IMG/VR virus record: IMGVR_UViG_3300042465_003011
Coordinates: 1-43,457 of that record
Source of the DNA: a virus
Lineage: Duplodnaviria; Caudoviricetes
Length of the DNA stretch: 43,457 bases
Strand: one strand, 5' to 3'
Positions within the stretch are counted from its first letter, which is position 1. Every line of letters starts with the position of its first letter. The notes below the pieces were generated by a model. It made no database searches, was not told the origin of the DNA, and saw nothing but the letters and a program-made list of their open reading frames with translations. This document shows positions 34,617-43,457 of this stretch, in pieces. A program made the position numbers and the translations under genes.

Positions 34617-35549
34617 TTACTTATTCATGAAAGCGCCAAGACCGGCAATTCCAAGACCGGCTAACTGGCTTGCAAAGGAAGGCGGCGGCGCAGTAGTAGT
34701 TTGAGTTTTATCTGTCAACGGAATACCACGGATAAAGCCGCTCAGTTTGTCAAGTTGAGTCTCAGGATACTGGATGCGCTCTAAGAGGTTCTGGTAGTCA
34801 ATATCTGTCTTCTGTTGCGCTAGAGCACGCTCGTAGTCACCATAGGCTCCGAGGGTCTTGAGACGGTCAATGTCTGCTGTCTGTTGCTGAACGCCCAATT
34901 GACCGAACTGCTGGCCTAGTGTGCCGTAAGTTTGTGCCTGTTGCAGACGAGCAGTACGCTCTGCTTCCAGTCCTTTTTGACCGGCCTCATAGGCGGCCTG
35001 AAGTCCCTTGGCTTGGATGTCACCGAGTTGGTTCTGGAGGTTGCGCTCACGCTCTGTGGTGGCAAGCAGTTGCCGTGCTCCGCCATAAGTACCTTGACGG
35101 GCTGCACCTAAGTTAGTGGCTAACTGGGCTTTCTGAGCATCTGTTAAAGCCTGCTGTTTTTGAACGTCAATAACGCCCTGTGCATAGGGAGACATATACT
35201 GCTGCATCACCCCTTGATCCAACATACTTGGAAGCCCGGTGGCTGCGGCATAGCCTGAGCCAAGAGCGCCAGTCCCCATAGCAAACTGCCCGGGGGTCTG
35301 CATAGCAGAGAGTTGTGCGCCTACCTGTTGTTGTCCGGGGGTTAGACCCGCTACTCGCTGTGCTCCGGTATAGAGGTTAGCCGCTTCTAGGGGGCCTTTG
35401 ATATTGGCTTGATACTCGGCAGGAGAACCTGCTCCGTAGAGTTTAAATGCCTGTGGGATTAGGCCGGGGACGCCTTGGGCACCGGTTTTATAAAACTCTT
35501 CAAACGCGGTAGGTAGTGCCGAGGTTACGACTTGTTGGGTAGTTGCCAT
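34617..35549 (-). CDS. Putative DNA-transfer/pilot protein
   Basis: Q/G/A-rich; YMSPY...VID and G.YGG.RQ motifs; C-terminal hydrophobic GLG.AGLG. Confidence 0.7.
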   Translation of the reverse strand: MATTQQVVTSALPTAFEEFYKTGAQGVPGLIPQAFKLYGAGSPAEYQANIKGPLEAANLYTGAQRVAGLTPGQQQVGAQLSAMQTPGQFAMGTGALGSGYAAATGLPSMLDQGVMQQYMSPYAQGVIDVQKQQALTDAQKAQLATNLGAARQGTYGGARQLLATTERERNLQNQLGDIQAKGLQAAYEAGQKGLEAERTARLQQAQTYGTLGQQFGQLGVQQQTADIDRLKTLGAYGDYERALAQQKTDIDYQNLLERIQYPETQLDKLSGFIRGIPLTDKTQTTTAPPPSFASQLAGLGIAGLGAFMNK

Positions 35550-35559
35550 GATCTATCCT

Positions 35560-37251
35560 TTAAACAGGCATCAAGCGACGAGTATTGACTTCAGGCGCCT
35601 GACTGGTTTTGCCTGTGCGTGACTTACGAACACGATTCATCATTGCGTATAACTTTTTAGCCCCGGCATTAGAGGAGCCATTACCAAGGTGGGATACCAC
35701 GTCAGCGGGGACTACAAACTCACCATCAGCCAGTCGGGCTTCCTGCTTACCCTCAATATTAGCCCTGATGGAGTCGCTCATTCCGTCGCCACCGCCACGA
35801 AGATACCGAGGGGGCAGACCACCTTTGGCTAGGGAAGCAATCCCGCCCTGCATCATATTGTCATCGCCACCGATTTCATCGTCGTAAGAGTCGATCCGAC
35901 CACCCATCGCCATGCCGCGCTCACGACGGACATCTTCTTCAGTTAGCCGCTGGTAGTTATAAGGATAGTCACGAAGAACACCCTGTGCCCACTCAATCTC
36001 TTCTTTCTTGCGGTTTTCCCGGTCAGCCATAATGCGGTCAGCCTCGGCTTTAGCGGCGTCAAGTTCTTTCTTAGTTTGATACATTCCGTAGGCAGTTGCG
36101 GCACCAGAGCCAATTAACGCCACATCTTTAGCGGTGCTAATCATCTCACGGTAATCTGGTGGGATAAGGTCTTTAACATAATTGGATGCAGTCCCGTAAG
36201 CCTCTTGTATTGGCTTTGGAATAAGATCCGTAATACCTTGTTTTACGTCGGCATAGCCTTGTTTTGCGGCGTCATAGCCTTGACTTAATGGATTACGTGT
36301 GTCTCTTAAGATCTGATCTTGTGAAACATTATATGAATTATCTACCCCATAAGGATCCAGTTCAGGGGAGGCATTGGTATTCATAACTTCAAGACCCTGA
36401 CCTGCATCGTAAGCCTGAGTAGGAGTGGATGCTTCTGTTGGCAAACTACCAAGTCCAGCGTCTGCTGTGGTCGTCCCTGCACTTGCATATTGGCTTGTTG
36501 CGTCAGCACCACTGACATAAGAACTAGGGTCTGGAGTATAAGTAATTGGCTCTACAGGGGCATTGAAGTATGAAGTTGCAGCATCTGAAGCAGCACCCTC
36601 AAAAGCACCCGGCCCCGACATAGAGACCGCTTGGCTGACGCTTGGATACATACTGGGGGCGCTAACAATATCTATCCCCGCATCAATGGCTTGTTGGGCT
36701 GCAAAGTCTGCACCAGCGCCAGCGCCAGCACCAGCACCTCCACCAGCCTCTGCACCACTACCCATACCTTGAAGTTGCCCTGCGGCATACGTCAAAGCGC
36801 CTGCTTTAAGCGCGGATTTAGTATCAAAACTGCTACCCTCTGGGGCTAAACCAGCGTATAAGGCGGCTCCAATCGGGCCACCAAAGTAGGCAGCAGCAAT
36901 CTGACCAACGGGGCCAAGAGCCTTGGCGATAGACTCAATACCGCTTTCAATCCCTTTGCCAATCGCAGAGCCTAATTTGTAAATTGGCTTGGGGATAATT
37001 TTCTTAAATGGGTTTTTAAATTCGGGTAAACCCGTATATGGGTTGATAGTCCCTGACCCACCAAGGAGTTGTAGGATCCCAGCCTCTTGGGGATTAATGT
37101 GGGCAAGGACGGTATCGCCTTCCCGGCCTCGACGCCGGATCATCTCAGCGGCATTCTCTAGGCCGTAGGTTTCCTTAACCCAACCACCTTTTTCAAAGGC
37201 AGGCATGGGAGGGGCGTATGCGTATTGGGGGGTAGCGGGGGCTGAGTACAT
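35560..37251 (-). CDS. Putative internal virion protein
   Basis: GR.GDT.LAHINP.EA..L...GGSGTINP.TGLPE N-terminus, GA repeats and C-terminal GDGMSDSI.A...ARLADGEFVVPADVVS.LGNGSS.AG. Confidence 0.7.
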   Translation of the reverse strand: MYSAPATPQYAYAPPMPAFEKGGWVKETYGLENAAEMIRRRGREGDTVLAHINPQEAGILQLLGGSGTINPYTGLPEFKNPFKKIIPKPIYKLGSAIGKGIESGIESIAKALGPVGQIAAAYFGGPIGAALYAGLAPEGSSFDTKSALKAGALTYAAGQLQGMGSGAEAGGGAGAGAGAGADFAAQQAIDAGIDIVSAPSMYPSVSQAVSMSGPGAFEGAASDAATSYFNAPVEPITYTPDPSSYVSGADATSQYASAGTTTADAGLGSLPTEASTPTQAYDAGQGLEVMNTNASPELDPYGVDNSYNVSQDQILRDTRNPLSQGYDAAKQGYADVKQGITDLIPKPIQEAYGTASNYVKDLIPPDYREMISTAKDVALIGSGAATAYGMYQTKKELDAAKAEADRIMADRENRKKEEIEWAQGVLRDYPYNYQRLTEEDVRRERGMAMGGRIDSYDDEIGGDDNMMQGGIASLAKGGLPPRYLRGGGDGMSDSIRANIEGKQEARLADGEFVVPADVVSHLGNGSSNAGAKKLYAMMNRVRKSRTGKTSQAPEVNTRRLMPV

Positions 37252-37282
37252 AATTAGATTATCCTAGATTTGTCAAGTGATG

Positions 37283-38701
37283 TCACTGAGTTAAGTCAAA
37301 GAAGGACAGGGAGCCAACCCCGTCACCCAAGGTGGCTCCAGAAACCGTCCGAACGGCTAGGGTGTAAATATCGCTCACCCCCGCAATGCTTGCCCCTAAC
37401 TGCAAATCAAAGTTGTAGTCGTTAGGAAGGCTTGTTTGGGAGACCCCAGCGCTGCCAGAGGATGTAACGTAATCCGTCTGGACGATTGTCCCCACGGCTG
37501 AAATGGCGGTAGCCGCTACGTCGTACTCTACGTTTGAGTCTGAATCCACGGTAGCCGCCCAAGTTGCGCCGGTAAGTGTCGGGTTCTTCAGAAGCACTAC
37601 TTCATAGTTTTGACTGGTTGTAGGTAGGAATTGAGCACGGTTAGGGAGGACAACTGCCCCTGTGCGCCCAGATGCCAACCGAATAGAAACAATGGGAAAG
37701 AAGGTAGCCGCTGTGCTGATGTTATTAAATATTGTGGTGCGCCTCGCCACATGGTCGATGGATACCTGCTCAAACCCACCTTCAGATATAACAGTGCAAC
37801 AAATAGACTTCATCGAAGCGGCAACTGCAGCGGTAGTCGTAGTAATCTGATAGCGCACAGGCAAAGTAGCCGTGGTCATGTAGACGCTAGTAATGTCGTT
37901 GGCGTTTTCAAAGGTATGGCAGACAATGTACTGTGCATCAATAATGAACCCGCAGCGCACCGAACCGACACCCAGCCACTCAAAGTCCATCCATAGAATT
38001 TGAGCCTTACTAGGATCTAGCGTTATTCCAGAAGCCCCGGTGCCATCTAACTTATCGCCATTCCAATTAGACTGGTTTACCGTGCGGACATCGCTAGGCG
38101 TTCCCGGGGTAGGGGTAGAACTTGATCGCAGCACAAACGAGTTAGTCGTTCCATTACGCTTAAAGAACACACCGTTGCTGTCGTTAAAGTAGCCAACGCT
38201 CTGGGTCAGGTTAGCGCTAGTGCTGCTGTCCATCACAAAGGTAGCAAGTACCAACAAACCTTTACCGGGCTGATATGGGAAAGAGCGGAATGACTGCCGT
38301 GTAACAGAGCCTACGCCACCACTGGTGACTTCCATCTTGACAGCGGCTTCGTTGGATAAGAATGTTGTAGTCCCAGTGCCAGTTGTTGAAACGTCAAATT
38401 GATTATCAGCAGCGTAACGGTTCTGGCTGTCAAAGAGGGTATAGGGCTGGGAGACACGAATCCTGCCAAACGCATCTACGTTGGTGCCGCCTATTGAGAC
38501 TGGTAATGGGGTCATGTTTCCCTCGCAAGCCGTTCCATTTAGTATCCCCGCAACAGCGTTCTGGAAGTTGTCAATCTGGTTAAAGTAAAGGCGCAGAATC
38601 CTAATAAGGTCTGTCGCATATTTCTGGTCGTAGTCAACAGGCGGCACCGGAAGCGCTGGTGCAACGAATGTCTTTTGGATGTCATTATCAACACAGATCA
38701 T
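37283..38701 (-). CDS. Tail-associated structural protein with a large beta-rich C-terminal domain
   Basis: N-terminal PALP.PP..YD...LRLYFNQ segment, then a Thr/Ser-rich DAFGR.RVS.P.TLFD...WLGVG.VR.GF domain. Confidence 0.65.
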   Translation of the reverse strand: MICVDNDIQKTFVAPALPVPPVDYDQKYATDLIRILRLYFNQIDNFQNAVAGILNGTACEGNMTPLPVSIGGTNVDAFGRIRVSQPYTLFDSQNRYAADNQFDVSTTGTGTTTFLSNEAAVKMEVTSGGVGSVTRQSFRSFPYQPGKGLLVLATFVMDSSTSANLTQSVGYFNDSNGVFFKRNGTTNSFVLRSSSTPTPGTPSDVRTVNQSNWNGDKLDGTGASGITLDPSKAQILWMDFEWLGVGSVRCGFIIDAQYIVCHTFENANDITSVYMTTATLPVRYQITTTTAAVAASMKSICCTVISEGGFEQVSIDHVARRTTIFNNISTAATFFPIVSIRLASGRTGAVVLPNRAQFLPTTSQNYEVVLLKNPTLTGATWAATVDSDSNVEYDVAATAISAVGTIVQTDYVTSSGSAGVSQTSLPNDYNFDLQLGASIAGVSDIYTLAVRTVSGATLGDGVGSLSFFDLTQ

Positions 38702-40554
38702 CGCTGTCCGTCTTGTCTGCCGTCAAGTCTTGGCGTACCTAACTGCCACTGCACATTTAAATCTTCGGACTGAATCTTAAAGCCCATCTGACGGGCGCGG
38801 GCGCGGATAAATATCTGGTCGGTGTACTGCTCAACTGGCACCGTGGTAGACCGGGTAACTGACGGATTATTGGATGTGTTGTAGTTTGACCCCGGGAAGT
38901 TCCGTGGCTTCATGGTCATGTACACCAGAGGACTTGTAGCCGTAGACCCCTCGAAGTTAATGTCAGGGATGATCCGTTTGATCAGCAATAACTTGTCCCC
39001 ATCACCAATATCAAAGTCATTGGTCTGGATGTAGGAGGTCATGGCAGAAGTATCATCGTTCGTTCCCTGCTCGTGGTTATAGACGTAGGTGCCACCCACC
39101 GCCTGTGGGTACTGACGCAATGGTGTGTCAAGCCAAGCAGTACGGGCAATAGAGCCGTAGTACCAGATGCGCTCCATGTAGTTATAGATTACGTAACTGT
39201 CGTTAGTGCCAGAGTTCTGGCTGGGGTAGAACCACCAAATCTCATGCCATCCCTCGTTCGTGCCACATATAACCTGAGCCGCTTGATTGTAGTTAAAGTT
39301 ATTAAATACGTGGTTACGCAGGGTGCAAGGCAGCGTCTCGACTCGGCCTGAGTAGGCATAGAACTTATCTGTTCCCATCCAGTAGGTCACGTTGTTAGCC
39401 GAGATGCAAGACCTTGGCGACATAATTGAGATGTTGTCAGCCAACTCCTGCAATGAAAATACGTCTGTTGTGCCCGTGAACTGTAAGGAATACAGATGCG
39501 AATCAGTAAATACTAATGTCTCCTGCCGGGTAGGTAGCGCCCTGATAATCCTTGATCCACGAGATACTCGGATAAAGCCTGCCGTATTCGTTGTGGTTGG
39601 CGCCCAGTTGACAGGATCGTCCTGACTAGCCCACCTAATAAGAAGGGGGTCAAAATCACCAGCGCTAGAAGAACCGTAAGGCACACAGCCAAAAGCGAGT
39701 AGATGCTTATCGTTTTGTGATACAAGAACTTGCATGGCTTGGACGGGGACACTAGTGGCTCCTGTTAAAGAAGAAAGCAACACGGCACGAGTATTAAATG
39801 CTCCTGTGTACTCCCAGATATAGATTGGGCCATTGCGGATATTGGCAATCAGGTCATTATCAAAGTTGTCCATGAACCAATCACGCTGCTGGTCTACAAC
39901 CGGCGTAAGCGCACCCTCACCCCATGTCAAACGACCCCAAGCACCAGCGCCCCAACCGTATCCATAGGCGATGTACGGGTTGCCAATGTTGATCTGAAAG
40001 ACTGCCGTGATGGCTGTACCACCGCCGTTAGTTGTCGTGCTAGTAGCAGCGCTAGCCGTTTGGATGGTGAAGTTATCTAAATCCACTACGGTTTGGATCT
40101 GAAACTCTGCGTTGAACTGTACCTGCGGGATACCACCTATCGGACCAACAACGCCTGAAAAGGTTACATAAGAGCCAGCCGTAGCGCCGTGGTTAACGAT
40201 ATTGACGTTTACTATTCTTGACAGGTTTGTAGTATCAAAGCAATTGTTTGTAGCAGGGCTAACAAATGTTGCCCGAATAGGGGTGATGTCAACTAAATTA
40301 CCGCCCGTCTCAAGGTATAACTTCTCATTAGTCCCCAAGCCCATGATGTTGTCGGACTCGGTGGTGATGTAGTTGTACATCTGACGGCAAATGCCAGCCA
40401 GCGTAAATAGGCCGTAGCGCAACCAGCCGCCAATCTTTTGGGGGAACCCTGACCGGAAGCGAATCTTGTCGCACTCATAGAACCCGCCCTCACCAGCGTA
40501 GTTAGTCTGGTCTCGGTTGACTCCGGGTTTAAATTGAAGGCGTGATAAGGCCAT
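38698..40554 (-). CDS. Tail tube/nozzle (P22 gp10-like DNA stabilisation) protein
   Basis: 618 aa, beta-propeller-like; KPGVNR, RFR.G.PQKIGGW, EIWWFYPS and WQLG.PR.D...DG.R. Confidence 0.75.
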   Translation of the reverse strand: MALSRLQFKPGVNRDQTNYAGEGGFYECDKIRFRSGFPQKIGGWLRYGLFTLAGICRQMYNYITTESDNIMGLGTNEKLYLETGGNLVDITPIRATFVSPATNNCFDTTNLSRIVNVNIVNHGATAGSYVTFSGVVGPIGGIPQVQFNAEFQIQTVVDLDNFTIQTASAATSTTTNGGGTAITAVFQINIGNPYIAYGYGWGAGAWGRLTWGEGALTPVVDQQRDWFMDNFDNDLIANIRNGPIYIWEYTGAFNTRAVLLSSLTGATSVPVQAMQVLVSQNDKHLLAFGCVPYGSSSAGDFDPLLIRWASQDDPVNWAPTTTNTAGFIRVSRGSRIIRALPTRQETLVFTDSHLYSLQFTGTTDVFSLQELADNISIMSPRSCISANNVTYWMGTDKFYAYSGRVETLPCTLRNHVFNNFNYNQAAQVICGTNEGWHEIWWFYPSQNSGTNDSYVIYNYMERIWYYGSIARTAWLDTPLRQYPQAVGGTYVYNHEQGTNDDTSAMTSYIQTNDFDIGDGDKLLLIKRIIPDINFEGSTATSPLVYMTMKPRNFPGSNYNTSNNPSVTRSTTVPVEQYTDQIFIRARARQMGFKIQSEDLNVQWQLGTPRLDGRQDGQR

Positions 40555-41018
40555 TAGGCAACCAATCCGGGTAGATATACCGTTTTACCGTCCCGCTTAG
40601 TAGCAGTCAAGTTCTGCTTTTTAAGGTTAGCGGGGTCGTAGGAGACGTGCACCCAGCCTGAGTCTGGTACGCCGGGAGTATAAAACTCAAGGATTAACTG
40701 GGTGTAGTCAAGGTTGTCCATGATCCACACGGCTAGGTCTGCGTTGGCAACACCGGGAATCTCAATGTCAGCGGCTTGTCCCTTACAATGGTCGGACGTT
40801 TTGGAGCCTCCCACCTTTGCGTTAACTTCGGGGTGCCTGAATCCTGAGTTGACCTTGACTCCGGTTTGGAAGTGGTCACGGACGGGCTGGAGTACCTTTT
40901 CACAGAGTGTTTTAAGATTAGCAATCTCAACCTCCCCCGGTGTGTTGTCCATGTCATGCCGCAGTGCAGTATCAGACTTCACCATCTCGGCAAGAGAAAA
41001 GTTAGCCGTCAGGTTCAT
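40554..41018 (-). CDS. Endolysin, peptidase M15A family
   Basis: LT.NFSL.E, NSGFR...N..VGG...S.H..G.AAD and WVHVS. Confidence 0.9.
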   Translation of the reverse strand: MNLTANFSLAEMVKSDTALRHDMDNTPGEVEIANLKTLCEKVLQPVRDHFQTGVKVNSGFRHPEVNAKVGGSKTSDHCKGQAADIEIPGVANADLAVWIMDNLDYTQLILEFYTPGVPDSGWVHVSYDPANLKKQNLTATKRDGKTVYLPGLVA

Positions 41019-41413
41019 TTCTTGGCCTTCATATCCATGACCTTCTCAAGGGTGCGTCCCCCAAAATAAAATGACATCACCAGCATGCCCCACTGGCCCA
41101 GCAAAGATACGAAATTGTCAGAAATATCCAGCCCCATAGCATCCATCACGGCTAGGGCTAGGTAGGCAGTCAGGATGTAGATCAGCGTCATAGGCCGGAT
41201 GTTCTTAGATAGCCACGAGTCCGACTTCATATCAGCCTCAGCCCGCTTGGTCAGGTTATCCTGCTCGTTCATGTCCGCTTGGAGTTTGGCAAGTTCGCCC
41301 TTTTGTTGCATCTCCAAGAGCATGGCCTGCGCCTTGGCACGAGCCTCTGGATCTGGGAGAACCTTGTCCAAAACCTTCTCACCGATACTTAGTAGTGCGG
41401 CTATGGGTAACAT
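41015..41413 (-). CDS. Holin (GTA 3TM-holin-like)
   Basis: DK..PDP...A.A, SWLSKNIRP, two TM segments and YFGGRT.EK; directly upstream of the endolysin. Confidence 0.8.
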   Translation of the reverse strand: MLPIAALLSIGEKVLDKVLPDPEARAKAQAMLLEMQQKGELAKLQADMNEQDNLTKRAEADMKSDSWLSKNIRPMTLIYILTAYLALAVMDAMGLDISDNFVSLLGQWGMLVMSFYFGGRTLEKVMDMKAKK

Positions 41414-42027
41414 TATTTCTTACTCCTTGAAAGCATGGTTGCGGCGATATTGAGCATCGCCTTGGTCTGGTCTAAATCAGCGGGGGGCTTGTCCCACCCC
41501 ACGGTAATCTGTCCTATGAACCGACTCGGCTCAGGCGGGATACTGATCCTGCACCCAAACCGCATACCCTTCTCGATGTACCACAGGCCAATCTCTGACT
41601 GTGCCGCCTTGTACTCTCCACACGGGGTGGTGCCTGCCATCAGGTTTACTACGTCCTGATTATTGGATTGGTTGGTCGTAAAGAGTCCTACATCCAGCCC
41701 GTCGTTCGTCTTATCCCGGCCTTCTTTGGTATACGCCCGATACTGCACCCGGGTTCCAAGCAGGGGATTGACCTTAAACACCGCCACGGTAGTCGCACCC
41801 GTGGTCTTAAATAGGTGGGCTACAGCGTCCTCAACCCTATCCTCAACAATGTCCGGCAACTTCTGATGCTCTTTATAAGTACCTACGATCAGGTCTTGAT
41901 GTGACCAAAGGAAGTATCCAGCAAAGGCCAGCACCCCCATAAGGATCACAGCGAACAACTTAAACGGCGAGTCAACATACGCCAGCACCTTTGAGAGCGT
42001 GTCGTTAGCGTTTAGTTTCTCAGCCAT
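41413..42027 (-). CDS. Single-TM protein with periplasmic GAF-like domain, T4 holin T-like
   Basis: Start MAEKL (42027). One N-terminal TM, then ATTVAVFKVNP, FIGQITVGW and AATMLSRSKK, paralleling T4 gpT motifs as I recall them. Confidence 0.55.
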   Translation of the reverse strand: MAEKLNANDTLSKVLAYVDSPFKLFAVILMGVLAFAGYFLWSHQDLIVGTYKEHQKLPDIVEDRVEDAVAHLFKTTGATTVAVFKVNPLLGTRVQYRAYTKEGRDKTNDGLDVGLFTTNQSNNQDVVNLMAGTTPCGEYKAAQSEIGLWYIEKGMRFGCRISIPPEPSRFIGQITVGWDKPPADLDQTKAMLNIAATMLSRSKK

Positions 42028-42485
42028 TACAGATGACCCTTCATGATGTAATAAATAGTGACAACCAGAAACGCCAGCATCACACAAATAATCTGCAACT
42101 CTCGTAACTTCGCTACATCCCTACCCAGTGCGTCCTTGCTTTTGGCATGACGGGCCATCATGTCTTCTTTAATCTTCTTGACCTTCTCAAACTCTTCCTC
42201 ACCCTTGAACTGCCCAAACTGCTGGATCAGAAAGTCCTTTACTTCCAACTCCATGCGGCGAATCTGGTCTAACCTGCGCCACTCCGCCATAGCCGTCATG
42301 ATTGTTATTTCACCCTGCTGACTCTTGCGTACTGCTTTAAAAGCATGACGGGCTTTGACCTCCGCCATTCCAAAGTTTTGAATTGACTCGACTGCTGAAC
42401 TGACCTCTCTGCCCGACTCAATAGCAGACTTAATGCTCTTAGTTGCCGCCTTTGCGGTACTGATAATCGGATCTAAATCTGACAA
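42027..42485 (-). CDS. Helical protein with C-terminal TM anchor
   Basis: 152 aa ending IICVMLAFLVVTIYYIM; in the lysis region. Confidence 0.65.
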   Translation of the reverse strand: MSDLDPIISTAKAATKSIKSAIESGREVSSAVESIQNFGMAEVKARHAFKAVRKSQQGEITIMTAMAEWRRLDQIRRMELEVKDFLIQQFGQFKGEEEFEKVKKIKEDMMARHAKSKDALGRDVAKLRELQIICVMLAFLVVTIYYIMKGHL

Positions 42486-42496
42486 AATTCATCCTT

Positions 42497-42706
42497 TTAA
42501 AACACCCCGCCGCCAGCAGCAGGAAGTGTTGTCGTATGGATTGCTACGTTTTGCTGGAGGTCTAGGTCAACTCCACAGTCGGCGCAGGTGTCGGCCTCTA
42601 ACTCAGATTCATCCAAGTCATACCCACAGGCTTTGCAAAGCAGTTCTACTTCGTGCTTTGGCACTATGGTTCCGTCAATGTCCTGCGCTTCGACTATGCG
42701 TTTCAT
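42497..42706 (-). CDS. Small Zn-ribbon protein
   Basis: CKACG...CADCG. Confidence 0.7.
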   Translation of the reverse strand: MKRIVEAQDIDGTIVPKHEVELLCKACGYDLDESELEADTCADCGVDLDLQQNVAIHTTTLPAAGGGVF

Positions 42707-42708
42707 AT

Positions 42709-43296
42709 TTACCCCTGAACTGCAACCATTAACTGTTCAACCGTTGTGCAGGCGGCAATCGCAGCCTCTTTCTCAGCACACAAAGCCACAACAGCGGCAC
42801 GGTCAGCCATTACACCACCGGGAATCTCTACGTTGCGCTCGGCCTTACGGATTACCATCCAGTCGGTTTGGGCAAGTTCTGAGTTGGCAGCGGCTTTGGT
42901 CTGTGCGATCCACTGTGACTTGAGACCCTTAGTTACCAGACGCTCGGTGGAGTCAACCATTGCAGGCTGTCCATTGACCACGCCCAAGACCTGAACATAG
43001 AGGGGGTTGCCCTGCTGGTCTACTTCTTCCTTGTCCTCAAGAGCCTTGGGGGTCGCAGTAAAGGTGGCCTCAACGGTCTGGTTGGTTTCGTTGACACGGT
43101 AGGATGGGCCAGTTACCCAGTAGAACCGCTGGTCTTGTTGAGTGCCTTGGATGACCTCATAGACACCTACGGACTTGCGCTCTGCCTCGGTAGCATTGCG
43201 GATAAATCTGGCTGAGTACTGCTTTTCGCCAATGACAAAGGCTACATCCGGCTGGATGAGTTGAACGATGTTACCGTTTTGAACTATTGCGAACAT
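42709..43296 (-). CDS. Putative tail fibre assembly/chaperone protein
   Basis: D.RFYW, GLKSQW, L..TDWMVIRKAE and E.AI.ACTTV.QL; follows the tail fibre. Confidence 0.7.
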   Translation of the reverse strand: MFAIVQNGNIVQLIQPDVAFVIGEKQYSARFIRNATEAERKSVGVYEVIQGTQQDQRFYWVTGPSYRVNETNQTVEATFTATPKALEDKEEVDQQGNPLYVQVLGVVNGQPAMVDSTERLVTKGLKSQWIAQTKAAANSELAQTDWMVIRKAERNVEIPGGVMADRAAVVALCAEKEAAIAACTTVEQLMVAVQG

Positions 43297-43316
43297 AATT
43301 ATTACTCCTTGAAAAG

Positions 43317-43457
43317 TTATCGGGCTAAAGCATTTTTGAATGGGTTTTCGGCAAATGCCATGTAGATGTATGTGCCTCCAGAGGCGTTTAATGCACCAAA
43401 TACGTTTCGTTGCTTGAATCCATTAGAAAGAATATCTGTGACGTTGTAAGTTTCTTC
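43317..43457 (-). CDS. Tail fibre C-terminus (partial)
   Basis: Read by hand as ...DILSNGFKQRN...NASGGTYIYMAFAENPFKNALAR*, a C-terminal motif typical of phage tail fibres. Confidence 0.75.
   Translation of the reverse strand, partial: EETYNVTDILSNGFKQRNVFGALNASGGTYIYMAFAENPFKNALAR

Noticed and set aside
1-43457. tRNA genes, introns/inteins, IS elements, reverse transcriptase or DGR
   Set aside because: No cloverleaf with a T-loop in the few gaps, TerL and helicase are uninterrupted and of normal length, and I saw no transposase or RT motifs and no TR/VR-type long repeat by eye.

Overview
The window is most of the genome of a tailed dsDNA phage (Caudoviricetes) with podovirus-like organisation; both ends are cut inside genes. 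(i) 1-7.2 kb, minus strand, head and packaging genes: scaffold-like protein, GroES, portal, TerL, a LexA-type HTH gene and TerS. The major capsid gene is not in the window and probably lies just beyond position 1. (ii) 7.4-14.1 kb, plus strand, a GC-rich early operon of about 27 small, tightly coupled ORFs, including ArdA, a DUF1281/YubB-like protein and a sigma-70 region-4 protein. (iii) 14-25.5 kb, minus strand, replication and recombination genes: TOPRIM primase, SF2 helicase, ParB-like protein, PAPS-reductase family, DUF1364, Rap1a-like, ERF, DUF3310 and a Cas4-like exonuclease, with a divergent RusA. (iv) 26-43.4 kb, minus strand, virion and lysis genes: a 2452-aa polyvalent protein (ART, zincin and LPD38-like regions), ejection proteins, tail proteins, an M15 endolysin, two different holin types and the end of a tail fibre gene. 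I saw no integrase, DNA polymerase, RNA polymerase, tRNA or CRISPR array. The most notable signals are non-coding. First, a promoter- and terminator-bounded ~96-nt RNA (19484-19579, minus) has three anti-Shine-Dalgarno segments that are exact 9-11 nt complements of the ribosome-binding sites of the phage's own early and middle genes. Second, an adjacent ~450-nt highly structured leader can adopt alternative folds. Third, two inverted 49-bp elements (IHF consensus box plus an 11-2-11 palindrome) bracket the whole early/replication region. Protein family calls come from motif recognition, not database searches, and k-mer statements come from by-eye scans.
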